Assembly (NCBI GenBank): GCA_965237415.1
Contig: CBDEFM010000002.1
Coordinates: 640,001 to 704,000 of the forward strand
Length of the DNA stretch: 64,000 nt
DNA from: Alphaproteobacteria bacterium
GTDB lineage: Bacteria > Pseudomonadota > Alphaproteobacteria > UBA828
Reading direction: 5' to 3'
Part shown: positions 18,837 to 28,648 of the stretch, in pieces
How the letters are laid out: each line of letters begins with the position of its first letter
How positions within the stretch are numbered: the stretch's first letter is position 1
The notes under the pieces: model-generated
Seen by the model: the letters and a program-made list of their open reading frames with translations, nothing else
Database searches by the model: none
Told to the model about the DNA's origin: nothing
Program-made: the position numbers and the translations under genes

Positions 18837-20299
18837 TGGCCCGCGATATCCTGATCGTCGACGACGAACCCCTGATCCGCAAGACGATTGCCGGAATCCT
18901 GGAGGACGGTGGCTATGCGCCCCGCGATGCTTCTGACGGCGCCACCGCAATCGAAGCGATCGATTCAGGCCCTCCGCCGGCGCTGATCATTCTCGACGTC
19001 TGGCTGGAGGGAAGCCAGTTCGATGGCATGGACGTCCTTGAGGCGGTGATGCACCGCCACCCCGAGGTGCCTGTCATCATGATCAGCGGGCACGGAACGA
19101 TCGACACCGCCGTCGCCGCCATCAAGAAAGGCGCCTACGAGTTCATCGAAAAGCCACTTGATAGCGATCGCCTCTTGCTCTCCGTTACGCGCGCGCTCGA
19201 GGCCGCAGAGCTGAGACGCGAGGTCGCCGAATTGAAGTTGCGGGCTGGCGAAACAAGCGAGCTTATCGGTACGTCGTCGGCGATCAAGCAAATCCGCGTG
19301 GCTGCCGAACGGGCCGCACCGACCGACAGACGAGTTTTCATCACTGGCCCCGCAGGGACGGGAAAGGAAATCGTCGCGCGCGTTATTCACAGCCAGTCGC
19401 GACGGTCCAGGGGGCCGTTTATCGTGGCCAACGCCGCCATGATGCGCCCCGACCACGTGGAGCTGGAGCTGTTTGGCAGCGAAGGCGACGGTCCCGTCGG
19501 CACCCGCGCGCGCAAGATCGGGACCTTCGAGCGCGCCCATGGCGGCACGCTCTTCTTCGACGAGATCGCCGACATGCCGCTCGAGACTCAAGGCAAGATC
19601 GCGCGCGCACTGCAGGCGAACACGTTCGAGCGCGAGGGTGGTACGCAACAGATCGAGGTCGACATCCGCGTCATGGCGGCGACGACGCGCGACATGGAGA
19701 ATGAAATAGAGCAAGGGCGCTTTCGCGAGGACCTTTACTACCGGTTGCAGGTCACCCCCATCGTGGTGCCGGCGCTCCGCGAGCGTCGGGAAGATGTCCC
19801 TGAATTGGCGCGCTTCTTCATCCAGAGGGCGGCCGAAAGCGCCGGCTTGCCCCCACGCGAAATCGGTACCGACGCGATGACGATGCTGCAGTCATTCGAC
19901 TGGCCCGGCAATGTGCGCCAGCTCCGCAATTTCGTGGAATGGCTCCTTATCATGGCGCCGGCATCCGCCAACGGCCGAATTGGCGCCGAGATGATTCAGT
20001 TGGCGCTCGGGTCAGCGGCCGGGCAGCCGCAAACGCTCCCCGGCCCGGCCGATCTTATGACCCTGCCGCTCCGCGATGCGCGCCGGCTGTTCGAGCGGGA
20101 CTATCTCAATGCCCAGGTTGCGCGGTTCGGCGGCAACATCTCGCGCACCGCCCAGTTCGTCGGCATGGAGCGCTCGGCGCTTCACCGCAAACTGCGCTCG
20201 CTCGGGATGCTTGAGCGCGAGCGCGATGGGCAGGGTACGGACAGTGACGCCGAGGGCGACGCGAACCCCGCCGACGGGAACAAGCTGAACGGCCCATGA
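18836..20299 (+). CDS. ntrX: Sigma54-type response regulator NtrX
   Basis: REC (DVWL, MISGHG), AAA+ domain, C-terminal FERDYL..Q..RFGGNISRTA.FVGMERSALHRKL. Confidence 0.93.
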   Translation: MARDILIVDDEPLIRKTIAGILEDGGYAPRDASDGATAIEAIDSGPPPALIILDVWLEGSQFDGMDVLEAVMHRHPEVPVIMISGHGTIDTAVAAIKKGAYEFIEKPLDSDRLLLSVTRALEAAELRREVAELKLRAGETSELIGTSSAIKQIRVAAERAAPTDRRVFITGPAGTGKEIVARVIHSQSRRSRGPFIVANAAMMRPDHVELELFGSEGDGPVGTRARKIGTFERAHGGTLFFDEIADMPLETQGKIARALQANTFEREGGTQQIEVDIRVMAATTRDMENEIEQGRFREDLYYRLQVTPIVVPALRERREDVPELARFFIQRAAESAGLPPREIGTDAMTMLQSFDWPGNVRQLRNFVEWLLIMAPASANGRIGAEMIQLALGSAAGQPQTLPGPADLMTLPLRDARRLFERDYLNAQVARFGGNISRTAQFVGMERSALHRKLRSLGMLERERDGQGTDSDAEGDANPADGNKLNGP

Positions 20300-21672
20300 A
20301 GATTATCGTCTGCGGAGCCGGACAAGTCGGCGCCAGCATCGCCCGTCAGCTCGCCAACGAGGCGAACGACGTGACGGTCATCGACAGCGACCGGGCTGTC
20401 GTGCAGCGGTTCTCCGATTCGGTTGACGCGAGGGCGATCGTCGGAAACGCATCGCTGCCCGACGTGCTTGAGGAAGCAGACGCCAAGAACGCTGAAATGA
20501 TCGTCGCCGTGACCCACTCCGACGAAGTCAACATGGTAGCGTGTCAGGTCGCGCACTCGCTGTTCAACGTGCCCGAGAAAATCGCGCGGGTGCGCCACCA
20601 GAGCTATCTCAACCCGGCTTGGGCGGACCTCTTCAACCGCGACAACATGCCGATCGACCTGATTATCTCGCCTGAAATCGAGGTCGCTCGCGCCATCGAG
20701 CGACGGCTTCAGGTGCCGGGCGCCCTCGACATGCTGCCGTTCTGCGGCGGGCGCCTGCGGGTGATCGCCGTGCGCTGCGAGGAAGGCTGCCCCATCATTA
20801 ACACGCCGCTCCGTCAGCTCACCGAGCTGTTTCCCGATCTCAACATCATGGTGGTCGCGATCAGCCGAGATTCGCGTCTCATCGTGCCGCGGGGCGACGA
20901 CCAGATGCTGATCGGCGACGAGGTCTATTTCGCCGTCGACTCCACGCATGTTGCGCGCAGCATGGCCGTCTTCGGGCACGAAGAGCCGGAGGCCCGCCGG
21001 GTCGTCATCATCGGCGGCGGCAATATCGGCTATTTCCTGACACAGGAGCTGGAGCAAAGCCATCCGGGTCTCGACATTAAGGTTGTCGAGCTAAAGCCGG
21101 AACGCGCGCGCTTTCTGGCCGAGCGGCTTACCCGCTCTACCGTGATCGGCGGCGATGCGCTGGATCCAGAGATCTTCATCGAGATCAATATCGGGCTTGC
21201 GCAAGCGGTGATTGCGGTCTCCAACGACGATGAGGTGAACATCCTGGCGGCACTGCTGGCGAAGCGTGCCGGCTGCCGGACCGCCATCTCCCTGGTCAAC
21301 AATTCGAGTTACGGGCCGCTGATGGGGAGCCTCGGTGTCGACGTCGCCGTGAGCCCTCGGGAATCGACGGTCTCGACGATCCTCCAGCGCATCAGGCGCG
21401 GCCGCATCCTGGCGGTGTATTCGATCCGCGACGGCGCCGCCGAAATCATCGAGGCCGAGGCGCTCGGAACCTCGCCCATTGTCGGCCGTCCGCTCATCGA
21501 GACCAAGCTGCCCACCGGAATCATCGTCGGCGCTGTCGTACGCGGGGACGAGGTCATCATTCCGCGCCCGCAGACGGTGATTGAGGAACATGACCGGGTC
21601 GTGATGCTGGCGGCGGCGCGTGCGGTGAAAAAGATCGAGCAGATGTTTGCCGTGAGCCCGGAGTTCTTCTGA
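20296..21672 (+). CDS. trkA: Trk potassium uptake protein TrkA
   Basis: MKIIVCGAGQVG, SDEVNMVACQ.A, ISPE, second RCK domain IIGGGNIG; 458 aa. Confidence 0.95.
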   Translation: MKIIVCGAGQVGASIARQLANEANDVTVIDSDRAVVQRFSDSVDARAIVGNASLPDVLEEADAKNAEMIVAVTHSDEVNMVACQVAHSLFNVPEKIARVRHQSYLNPAWADLFNRDNMPIDLIISPEIEVARAIERRLQVPGALDMLPFCGGRLRVIAVRCEEGCPIINTPLRQLTELFPDLNIMVVAISRDSRLIVPRGDDQMLIGDEVYFAVDSTHVARSMAVFGHEEPEARRVVIIGGGNIGYFLTQELEQSHPGLDIKVVELKPERARFLAERLTRSTVIGGDALDPEIFIEINIGLAQAVIAVSNDDEVNILAALLAKRAGCRTAISLVNNSSYGPLMGSLGVDVAVSPRESTVSTILQRIRRGRILAVYSIRDGAAEIIEAEALGTSPIVGRPLIETKLPTGIIVGAVVRGDEVIIPRPQTVIEEHDRVVMLAAARAVKKIEQMFAVSPEFF

Positions 21673-21683
21673 CCGGAGGCCAC

Positions 21684-22547
21684 ATGTCGCGCATCGCCTA
21701 CGTGAACGGCCGCTACCTGCGCCACGACCTTGCGCACGTCCATGTCGAGGACAGGGGCTACCAGTTCTCGGACGGGGTGTACGAAGTTGCCGCCGTCTTC
21801 GGCGGTCGAGTGATCGACGAAGAGCCGCACCTGGACCGGCTCGAGCGCTCGCTCCGCGAGCTGAGGATGGATCTGCCGCTTCCGCGCAGCGCGCTCAAAC
21901 TCGTGACCCACGAAGTGCTGCGCCGCAACAGGGTCCGCGACGGTATGGTCTACCTGCAGGTCACGCGCGGCGCGGCGGCGCGGGACCATCCCTTTCCCGA
22001 GGACGCCGAGGGCGCGGTGGTCCTCACCGCCCGCTCGGTCCGTTGGCCCGACAATGCGGCTGAGGACCGCGGGGCCGAGGTCGTCTCGGTTCCGGACGGG
22101 CGCTGGGGCCGCTGCGACGTCAAGTCCGTCTCCCTGCTTCCCAACGTGCTGGCTAAGCAGGACGCCCGGGAGCAGGGAGCTTACGAGGCCTGGTTCATCG
22201 ATCCCGAAGGCCGAGTCACCGAGGGCTCCTCGACCAACGCCTGGATCGTCGACGACGCCGGCCATGTGGTGACCCGTGACCTCGAATCGAACATCCTCGG
22301 CGGCATAACGCGGCAGACGGTGATCCGGCTGGCCCGCGAGGCGGGGATCGAGGTCGTCGAGCGAGCGTTCACGCTGGTTGAAGCGCAAGCCGCGCCGGAA
22401 GCGTTCCTCACCAGCACGACGTCCTTCGTCCGCGCCATCGTCCGCATCGACGGCTGCCCGGTGGGCAACGGGGAGCCGGGCCCGGTGACCCTCCGCCTGC
22501 GCGATCTTTACCTCTCCTATTGCCGCGGTGGGCGCGCCAACCGGTGA
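21684..22547 (+). CDS. dat: D-amino acid transaminase (class IV PLP)
   Basis: MSRIAYVNG, EDRGYQFSDGVYEV, RCDVKS..LLPNVLAK, TEGSSTN, ILGGITR. Confidence 0.88.
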   Translation: MSRIAYVNGRYLRHDLAHVHVEDRGYQFSDGVYEVAAVFGGRVIDEEPHLDRLERSLRELRMDLPLPRSALKLVTHEVLRRNRVRDGMVYLQVTRGAAARDHPFPEDAEGAVVLTARSVRWPDNAAEDRGAEVVSVPDGRWGRCDVKSVSLLPNVLAKQDAREQGAYEAWFIDPEGRVTEGSSTNAWIVDDAGHVVTRDLESNILGGITRQTVIRLAREAGIEVVERAFTLVEAQAAPEAFLTSTTSFVRAIVRIDGCPVGNGEPGPVTLRLRDLYLSYCRGGRANR

Positions 22548-23200
22548 GAAGGCCGCGCGCCGTCCTGTTCGACTGGGACAACACACTGGTCGTGAGCTGG
22601 GAGATTATCCACGAGAGCCTGCGGCTGACCTTTCTGGACCTGGGGCGCGAGCCCTGGAGCTTCGACCAGACCAAGACCTGGGTGCGGCGCTCGATGCGGG
22701 ACTCGTTTCCCGATCTCTTCGGAGCCGATGCCGCCCGAGCCGAGCACCTGTTCTACCGGCATTATCGGGCCCATCATCTGAGCCGGCTGGCTCCGCTCGC
22801 CGGCGCTGTGGAAACATTGAGGGCCCTCCATCGTGATGGCCTGCCCCTTGGAGTGGTCAGTAGCAAGCAGGGTGACTTGGTGCGGGCGGAAGCCGCACAC
22901 CTGGGCTGGAACGGTTTCTTCGGATGCATCGTCGGCGCCGGCGACGGGCCGGTGGACAAGCCTGCGCCGCAGGCCACGGCCCTGGCTCTGGAGGGAGTCG
23001 GAATCGTTGCCGGCCCGGACGTGTGGTATGTCGGCGACACGGGAATCGACGTCACGTGCGCCCGAAACGCTGGATGCGCTGCGGTGATCGTCAGCGTGGA
23101 CCCGCCCCGCGACGGCGACTGCCCGCGCGTACCGGATCATCAAGTTGCCGATCACGCGGGATTACACGGGTTCTTGCGGCAGCATGGAATCACCATATAG
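22544..23200 (+). CDS. HAD-family hydrolase (phosphoglycolate phosphatase-like)
   Basis: FDWDNTL, DKPAP, WYVGDT..D; GTG start overlaps dat stop (GTGA). Confidence 0.88.
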   Translation: MRRPRAVLFDWDNTLVVSWEIIHESLRLTFLDLGREPWSFDQTKTWVRRSMRDSFPDLFGADAARAEHLFYRHYRAHHLSRLAPLAGAVETLRALHRDGLPLGVVSSKQGDLVRAEAAHLGWNGFFGCIVGAGDGPVDKPAPQATALALEGVGIVAGPDVWYVGDTGIDVTCARNAGCAAVIVSVDPPRDGDCPRVPDHQVADHAGLHGFLRQHGITI

Positions 23201-23278
23201 TCGATAATGGCATGCTCGCGCGGGTGTGCCCGGCGCGCGGCTCCGGGCACGCGGGGGCAGGCAAGGATAGAGGAACAC

Positions 23279-23539
23279 ATGACTGGCAAGGGATCCCACA
23301 GTCTCCAGGACGTCTTCCTCAATCACGTGCGCAAAGGAAAGATGCCGGTCACGATCTTTCTCGTGAACGGAGTCAAGCTCCAGGGAATCATCACCTGGTT
23401 CGATAATTTCTGTGTCCTGCTCAAACGCGATGACCATTCGCAGCTTGTGTACAAGCATGCGATTTCGACGGTCATGCCGGTTCAGCCGGTTCAGTTGTTC
23501 GACCAAGACGAAGCGCCGGCAGAGGAGGACGATACGTAA
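23279..23539 (+). CDS. hfq: RNA chaperone Hfq
   Basis: LQDVFLN..RK...[13 protein letters not shown]....FDNF.VLL...[11 protein letters not shown]. Confidence 0.97.
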   Translation: MTGKGSHSLQDVFLNHVRKGKMPVTIFLVNGVKLQGIITWFDNFCVLLKRDDHSQLVYKHAISTVMPVQPVQLFDQDEAPAEEDDT

Positions 23540-24898
23540 GTGGCGGGCGCGAGCGTTCCACGCGGCGCTAGTTCGCCATCGCGCACCTGTGTCCTGTATC
23601 CGGCGCTGGCGCACCAGCCGGCGGCGCACCGCGCGCGCGAGCCGGCGCGTGAGCCCGAGGGCCGCCTCGCCGAGGCGGTAAGCCTCGCCCGTGCGATCGA
23701 CCTCGATGTCGTGTTTGCGGAGGTTGTGCGCCTGCAAAAGCCGCGGCCAGCGACCCTGTTCGGTCTCGGGCGGGTGGAAGCGGTCGCGGAGACAGCATCC
23801 GCGCACGACCTGGAACTGGTCATCGTGGATGGAGTGCTCACCCCGGTTCAGCAGCGCAATCTCGAACGTGCGTGGGGCTGCAAGGTCATCGACCGCACCG
23901 CGCTCATCCTCGAAATCTTCGGCGCACGGGCGCGCACGAGGGAGGGCCGGCTCCAGGTCGAGCTCGCCGCTCTTCGCTACCAGCGCAGCCGCCTGGTGCG
24001 GTCCTGGACGCACCTTGAGCGCCAGCGCGGCGGCCTCGGTTTCGTAGGCGGGCCGGGTGAGACGCAGATCGAGGCCGACCGGCGCCAGATTCGCGCCCGC
24101 ATCGGCCGTCTCGAGCGCGCGCTGGACGCAGTCAAGCGCACCCGCAGCCTGCACCGCGCGGCGCGCCAGCGCGTCCCTTATCCGGTGATCGCCCTGGTCG
24201 GATACACGAATGCCGGCAAGACGACGCTCTTCAACCGGCTGACCGGGGCCTCCGCGGACGCGCGCGACCAGCTCTTCGCGACCCTCGATCCAACCATGCG
24301 CGGCGTCGTCCTGCCGTCGGGCCAGCGTGTCATCCTGTCCGACACCGTGGGCTTCGTCTCCGACCTGCCGCACGACCTCGTGGCGGCGTTCCGTGCGACC
24401 CTGGAGGAAGTGGTCGCCGCCGACCTCATCGTGCATGTCCGTGACTGCGCCCATGCGGACAGCGCCGAGCAACGCGCCGACGTGCTGCGGGTGCTGACCG
24501 AGCTCGGCGTCGAAGATCGCCTCCAGACCGGCGTCGTCGAGGTGCTCAACAAGCTGGATCTGCTCGATCCGCGGCAGCGCGCCTGCCTTGCGGAGCAGGG
24601 AAGGGGAGGGGGCAACGGGCCCACCGGTCACGCAAGCGTGGTCGCCGCTTCGGCGCTTACCGGCGCCGGAATCGAGGACCTGATTGGCGTGATCGACGCC
24701 CGGCTCACGGCGAATCGGCGAATCGTCGAAGTGCGGGTGCCCCATGCCGACGGTGCAACCCTCGCCTGGCTCTACCGCCACGGCGAGGTCTTGGAGCACG
24801 CCGACGACGATGGTGAGGCCTGCCTCAGGGTCGGGCTGACGCCGGCGGACGCAGGCCGCCTGGAGCGGCGGCCCGGCGTCTCGTTGGCCCTCGACTAA
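23540..24898 (+). CDS. hflX: GTPase HflX
   Basis: GPGETQIE.DRR, GYTNAGKTT, LFATLDPT, DTVGF, NKLD; follows hfq. Confidence 0.95.
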   Translation: MAGASVPRGASSPSRTCVLYPALAHQPAAHRAREPAREPEGRLAEAVSLARAIDLDVVFAEVVRLQKPRPATLFGLGRVEAVAETASAHDLELVIVDGVLTPVQQRNLERAWGCKVIDRTALILEIFGARARTREGRLQVELAALRYQRSRLVRSWTHLERQRGGLGFVGGPGETQIEADRRQIRARIGRLERALDAVKRTRSLHRAARQRVPYPVIALVGYTNAGKTTLFNRLTGASADARDQLFATLDPTMRGVVLPSGQRVILSDTVGFVSDLPHDLVAAFRATLEEVVAADLIVHVRDCAHADSAEQRADVLRVLTELGVEDRLQTGVVEVLNKLDLLDPRQRACLAEQGRGGGNGPTGHASVVAASALTGAGIEDLIGVIDARLTANRRIVEVRVPHADGATLAWLYRHGEVLEHADDDGEACLRVGLTPADAGRLERRPGVSLALD

Positions 24899-24938
24899 CC
24901 GATGCTCGCGGCCACATCCACCCCCGACTTGCGCTCGG

Positions 24939-24966
24939 ATTTTACATAATATAAAACCACAGATAT
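24939..24966 (-). other. Degenerate dif-like site (XerD-like arm only)
   Basis: Minus strand ATATCTGTGGT-TTTATA-TTATGTAAAAT; right arm resembles the XerD arm TTATGTTAAAT, left arm is not XerC-like. Confidence 0.3.
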
Positions 24967-25117
24967 AATATGCAACATACTGTATGAATGTATTCTTTTT
25001 CCCGTCTCCAACTGATCGTAGGCCAGGGAGAGGGGACGAGCCGGGGCAGCTCGAAACCAAGATGTTGCGAGCCTCCATCGGGGCCCAGGGGCCAGAGAGA
25101 GCAGCGCTTTTCAGGCG

Positions 25118-25143
25118 GAATGAACAAGGAACATTCCGAGAAC
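25118..25143. promoter_or_regulatory. Possible tandem alphaproteobacterial LexA box
   Basis: GAAT-N7-GAAC-N7-GAAC, with a perfect GAAC-attccga-GAAC at 25129-25143. Confidence 0.4.
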
Positions 25144-25185
25144 CGACACAGGGAGCCTCGGCCCGTCCGTGAGTCGGTCTCGCAG

Positions 25186-25212
25186 TTGACATCGGAGTGT
25201 GGTCTCCCTATT
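25186..25212 (+). promoter_or_regulatory. Putative groESL promoter (RpoH/RpoD-like)
   Basis: TTGACA at 25186-25191 and CCCTATT at 25206-25212, directly before CIRCE. Confidence 0.55.
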
Positions 25213-25215
25213 AAG

Positions 25216-25242
25216 TTAGCACTCGCCGCGATAGAGCGCTAA
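25216..25242 (+). promoter_or_regulatory. CIRCE element (HrcA operator)
   Basis: TTAGCACTC-gccgcgata-GAGCGCTAA versus consensus TTAGCACTC-N9-GAGTGCTAA (1 mismatch), upstream of groES. Confidence 0.92.
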
Positions 25243-25298
25243 CAAGCGCCAAATCCGGCGCATATGCGTTGGACACGTTCAAGTCTCTGGAGGGCGGC

Positions 25299-25586
25299 AT
25301 GAAGATCAGGCCTTTGCACGACCGCGTGCTGGTACGGCGGATCGAGCAGGATCAGAAAACGGCGGGTGGCATCATCATTCCCGATACCGCCCAAGAGAAA
25401 CCGCAGGAAGGCGAGGTCGTCGCAGCGGGCGCTGGCGCGCGCGAGGAGGATGGCAAGCTGTCCCCCCTCGATGTGAAGGCGGGCGACCGCATCCTGTTCG
25501 GCAAGTGGTCGGGCTCGGAGGTCAAGGTCGACGGCGAAGAGCTGTTGATCATGAAGGAGTCCGACATCATGGGTGTGATCGGGTAA
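25299..25586 (+). CDS. groES: Co-chaperonin GroES
   Basis: [42 protein letters not shown]. Confidence 0.97.
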   Translation: MKIRPLHDRVLVRRIEQDQKTAGGIIIPDTAQEKPQEGEVVAAGAGAREEDGKLSPLDVKAGDRILFGKWSGSEVKVDGEELLIMKESDIMGVIG

Positions 25587-25631
25587 CACCGCACCTGCGT
25601 GGGTTAGACAGCGAATCTGGAGCGATCGGCG

Positions 25632-27314
25632 ATGGCCAAGAAGAGAATTCATCTAGCGGAGGAGGCTCGCGCGCGCCTCCTCGAGGGTGTCGATATCCTT
25701 ACCGACGCCGTATCGGTCACGCTCGGCCCGAAGGGCCGCATGGTGATCTATCAGACGGCGGGTGGAGACGGGCGGATCACCAAGGACGGCGCGACCGTCG
25801 CCAAGGAGATCGAGCTCGAGGACCGGCTCCAGAATGTCGGCGCCCGGCTCGTCCGCGAGGCCGCCACCCACACCGAGAAGGTCGCCGGCGACGGCACCAC
25901 CACCGCGACCATCCTCGCCCGCGCGTTGGTCCGCGAGGGCTCCAAGGCGGTTGCGGCGGGCATGAACCCGATGGATTTGCGGCGTGGTATCGACCTCGCC
26001 GTCGCCGCGGTTGTCGAAGAGCTTGGCAAGCGTTCGAAGCGGGTGAAGACCCGCGAGGAGATCAGGCAGGTCGCGACCGTCGCCGCGAACAACGATCCCC
26101 AGGTGGGCGACATGATCTCGCGCGCCATGGAAGAGGTGGGCGAGCGCGGCGTCATCACGATCGAGGAAGCGGCCGGAATCGAGACCGAGCTCGATGTCGT
26201 CGAGGGCATGAATTTCGATAAGGGCTACGTCTCGCCCTATTTCGTGACCAATGCCGAGCGGATGACGGTCGAGCTCGATGACACCTACATCCTGCTGCAT
26301 CAGGACAAGCTCTCCAGCATGCAGGGTCTCCTGCCGGTGCTGGAGCAAGTCGGCCAGACCGGCAAGCCGCTGGTGATCATCGCTGAAGACGTCGACGGCG
26401 AGGCGCTGGCGACACTGGTGGTCAACCGGCTGCGCGGCGGCCTGAAGGCTGCAGCGGCCAAGGCGCCGGCCTTCGGCGATCGGCGCAAGGCCATGCTCCA
26501 GGACATTGCCGTGCTCACTGGCGGCCAGGTGATCAACAGCGAGCTCGGCGTCAAGCTGGAGAACGTCTCGCTCGACATGTTGGGGACGGCCAAACGCGTC
26601 GAGATGAGCAAGGACGAGACCGTGATCATCGGTGGCGGCGGCCGCAAGAAGGATATCGATCAACGCTGCAAGCAGCTTCGCTTCGAGATCGAGACCACCG
26701 ATTCCGAGTATGACCAGGAGCGCTTCGAGGAACGGCTCGCCAAGCTGGTCGGCGGAGTCGCCATTCTGAGGATCGGCGGCGATTCCGAGATCGAGGTCAA
26801 GGAGAAGAAAGAGCTTGTCGACGACGCCATGCGCGCCACGCGCGCGGCGGTGGAGGAGGGGGTCGTTCCCGGCGGCGGCGTGGCGTTGCTGGCGGCCTCC
26901 CGCAAGCTCGGCAAGTTGAAAGGCGCCAACTCCGACCAGGACCGTGGAATCGCCATCGTCAGGAGTGCGATCCGCGCGCCGACCCGCCACATCGCGCAGA
27001 ACGCGGGTGCAGACGGCTCGCTCGTGGTCGGAACGCTGCTCGAAAAGCGCAGCGCAAGCCAGGGCTATGACGCCCAGGAGGGCCGCTACTGCGACATGAT
27101 CGAAGCCGGCATCCTGGATCCGGCGAAGGTCGTCCGCTCCGCTCTCCAGGACGCCGCCTCCATCGCCGGCCTCCTGATTGCGACCGAGGCCGGAATCGTC
27201 GAGATTCCTGAGAAGGCGCCCCCGATGCCGCCCGGCGGCATGGACGGAATGGGTGGTATGGGCGGGATGGGTGGTATGGGCGGAATGGGTGGCATGGGCG
27301 GAATGGGCATGTAG
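25632..27314 (+). CDS. groEL: Chaperonin GroEL (divergent paralog)
   Basis: [39 protein letters not shown]-terminal GGM repeats. Confidence 0.96.
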   Translation: MAKKRIHLAEEARARLLEGVDILTDAVSVTLGPKGRMVIYQTAGGDGRITKDGATVAKEIELEDRLQNVGARLVREAATHTEKVAGDGTTTATILARALVREGSKAVAAGMNPMDLRRGIDLAVAAVVEELGKRSKRVKTREEIRQVATVAANNDPQVGDMISRAMEEVGERGVITIEEAAGIETELDVVEGMNFDKGYVSPYFVTNAERMTVELDDTYILLHQDKLSSMQGLLPVLEQVGQTGKPLVIIAEDVDGEALATLVVNRLRGGLKAAAAKAPAFGDRRKAMLQDIAVLTGGQVINSELGVKLENVSLDMLGTAKRVEMSKDETVIIGGGGRKKDIDQRCKQLRFEIETTDSEYDQERFEERLAKLVGGVAILRIGGDSEIEVKEKKELVDDAMRATRAAVEEGVVPGGGVALLAASRKLGKLKGANSDQDRGIAIVRSAIRAPTRHIAQNAGADGSLVVGTLLEKRSASQGYDAQEGRYCDMIEAGILDPAKVVRSALQDAASIAGLLIATEAGIVEIPEKAPPMPPGGMDGMGGMGGMGGMGGMGGMGGMGM

Positions 27315-27338
27315 CCCCGCCCGGTCATCTCGTCGTCT

Positions 27339-27364
27339 GGGAGGGGGCCACGAGGCCCCCTTCC
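27339..27364 (+). terminator. GC-rich hairpin after groEL (putative terminator)
   Basis: GGGAGGGGGCC-ACGA-GGCCCCCTTCC stem-loop 25 nt after the stop codon; weak U-tail. Confidence 0.55.
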
Positions 27365-27433
27365 TCGTATCTGACTCGGATATTCCACCGCGATCGCGGG
27401 CTGCTTCGGGCAGGCGAAGATTTAAATTTACGC

Positions 27434-27487
27434 GGGATTCGCCGGGATTAAGTGGGATTAAGTGGGATAAGTGGGATTCCGTGGGAC
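27434..27487 (+). repeat. Tandem array of about 10-bp GGGATT(A)AGT-like units (six GGGA-starting units)
   Basis: gggattcgcc gggattaagt gggattaagt gggataagt gggattccgt gggac. Confidence 0.85.
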
Positions 27488-27507
27488 AGGGTTGCGCACG
27501 CCCGAGT

Positions 27508-27535
27508 CGCCCGCGCCTGAGAAAGGTCGCGGGCG
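27508..27535 (+). repeat. Partial copy (hairpin only) of the dispersed repeat
   Basis: CGCCCGCG-cctgagaaaggt-CGCGGGCG, perfect 8-bp stem around the shared cctga(g)aaaggtc core. Confidence 0.65.
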
Positions 27536-27620
27536 CGCCAGATAGCGTCGTACGCGCGGAATCGGGTCGCTCACGCCCGCTCATCCTTTCTGCCTTGGCC
27601 CGCTCGTTCGTGCACTGCAA

Positions 27621-27695
27621 GGCGCAAGCGTGGCGCGCACGCCGTGCACCGCACCATGGTCCGGGTCGCGCGGGCCTGAAAGGTCGCGGGCGCGG
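27621..27695 (+). repeat. Dispersed non-coding repeat, copy B
   Basis: ggcgcaagcg...cgccgtgcaccgcaccatggtccgg (25 bp identical to 28649-28673)...gcctgaaaggtc. Confidence 0.88.
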
Positions 27696-27746
27696 AATCA
27701 AGAGTCGAGCGCGTGTCCGGCTGCGGCGGAGGCGGAACCCCCGGCC

Positions 27747-28550
27747 TCACCCTGGCCCGCTCCATTCCGAGGGGCAGAAGGGAGGGTCGGTCGGCCAGAG
27801 TCGGCCTTCCGCCTCCCGCCGTCTCAAGTCGGCATCCCGCGCCCTGTGCGCGTCCCATGTATCGTCTGCTTGTGCGCGTGGACGCGCGACGCGCGCCCCG
27901 GGCGCGTCCGCATCCTGCGCCCCGCCGTCAACAGGCGGCTCGGGCGTGGGGTCCGGCGGGGTGACGTGGGAGTCCTCGGCAGAGGCGGCGGCCCACTCGG
28001 AATTGGGCGGCGGCGGGTCTGTGCCCCCAGGGAAGAGGTGCCCCTCCATGGCCCGGCGGACGGTTTCGACCCGTTCGGCATGCGTCATACTGGCCGCGCG
28101 CGCGGCCGGTCCGGCGTGCGGGGCGGCGGCATCGGCTGCCGCCTGCTCGCGCTCGATGCGGAGCTTGTCGGCGCTTTCGATACGGTAGAGCGCGAGGGCA
28201 AGACGGCCGAGGTCCTCGGTCAGCACCGGCTCCTCGCGCGCGCCGAGCTCGGCCATCGTGCGGAGCGCCAGCGTTCGCAGGGTCTCGATCGCGATGAGGG
28301 CGCTGCGGCCCTCGGCGCCGGGCTCGCGGGCGCGCTTCCATTCCTCGGCAAAGCGATCGGTCTCGCGCTGCAGACAGATCAGGCCCTCCATGCGCTCGGC
28401 CCAGCAGCCCTCGTCGGAAGGCGAACTCTCGCCGTCGCGCGAACGGACGCGCGCCACGATCTCGTCCATCGTGGCACCGTCCTCAATCGCTGCGGCCACG
28501 GCGTCCTGGATTGCGGCCGGCAGCGGCTCGTCCGATGAGCCCCCGCCCAT
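27747..28550 (-). CDS. DUF3486-like (Mu gp27 / small terminase-like) protein, degenerate, with low-complexity tail
   Basis: MGGGSSDEPLPAAIQDAVAAAIEDGATMDEIVARVR...DLGRLALALYRIESADKLRIERE resembles the DUF3486 N-terminus and core (pattern recall, not searched). Confidence 0.55.
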   Translation of the reverse strand: MGGGSSDEPLPAAIQDAVAAAIEDGATMDEIVARVRSRDGESSPSDEGCWAERMEGLICLQRETDRFAEEWKRAREPGAEGRSALIAIETLRTLALRTMAELGAREEPVLTEDLGRLALALYRIESADKLRIEREQAAADAAAPHAGPAARAASMTHAERVETVRRAMEGHLFPGGTDPPPPNSEWAAASAEDSHVTPPDPTPEPPVDGGAQDADAPGARVARPRAQADDTWDAHRARDADLRRREAEGRLWPTDPPFCPSEWSGPG

Positions 28551-28648
28551 CGCACCTGTCGTGCTCCGCTCGCTCTCGCACTGCGTCGCGCGGATACGCG
28601 CGCGGGAAAATAGTCGACCCATCGCGCGATCCTGGCGCGGGCACCACG

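Noticed and set aside
24978-24997. TACTGTATGAATGTATTCTT as an E. coli-type SOS box
   Set aside because: The right half lacks ACAG, and this lineage is expected to use GTTC-N7-GTTC
27240-27311. 9-bp tandem repeat GGYGGNATG
   Set aside because: Encodes the ordinary GGM tail of GroEL
27434-27487. Possible CRISPR array
   Set aside because: Units are ~10 bp and contiguous, with no spacers and no cas genes; reported as a tandem repeat instead
27747-28550. Prophage
   Set aside because: No integrase/transposase, large terminase, portal or capsid genes accompany the DUF3486-like ORF
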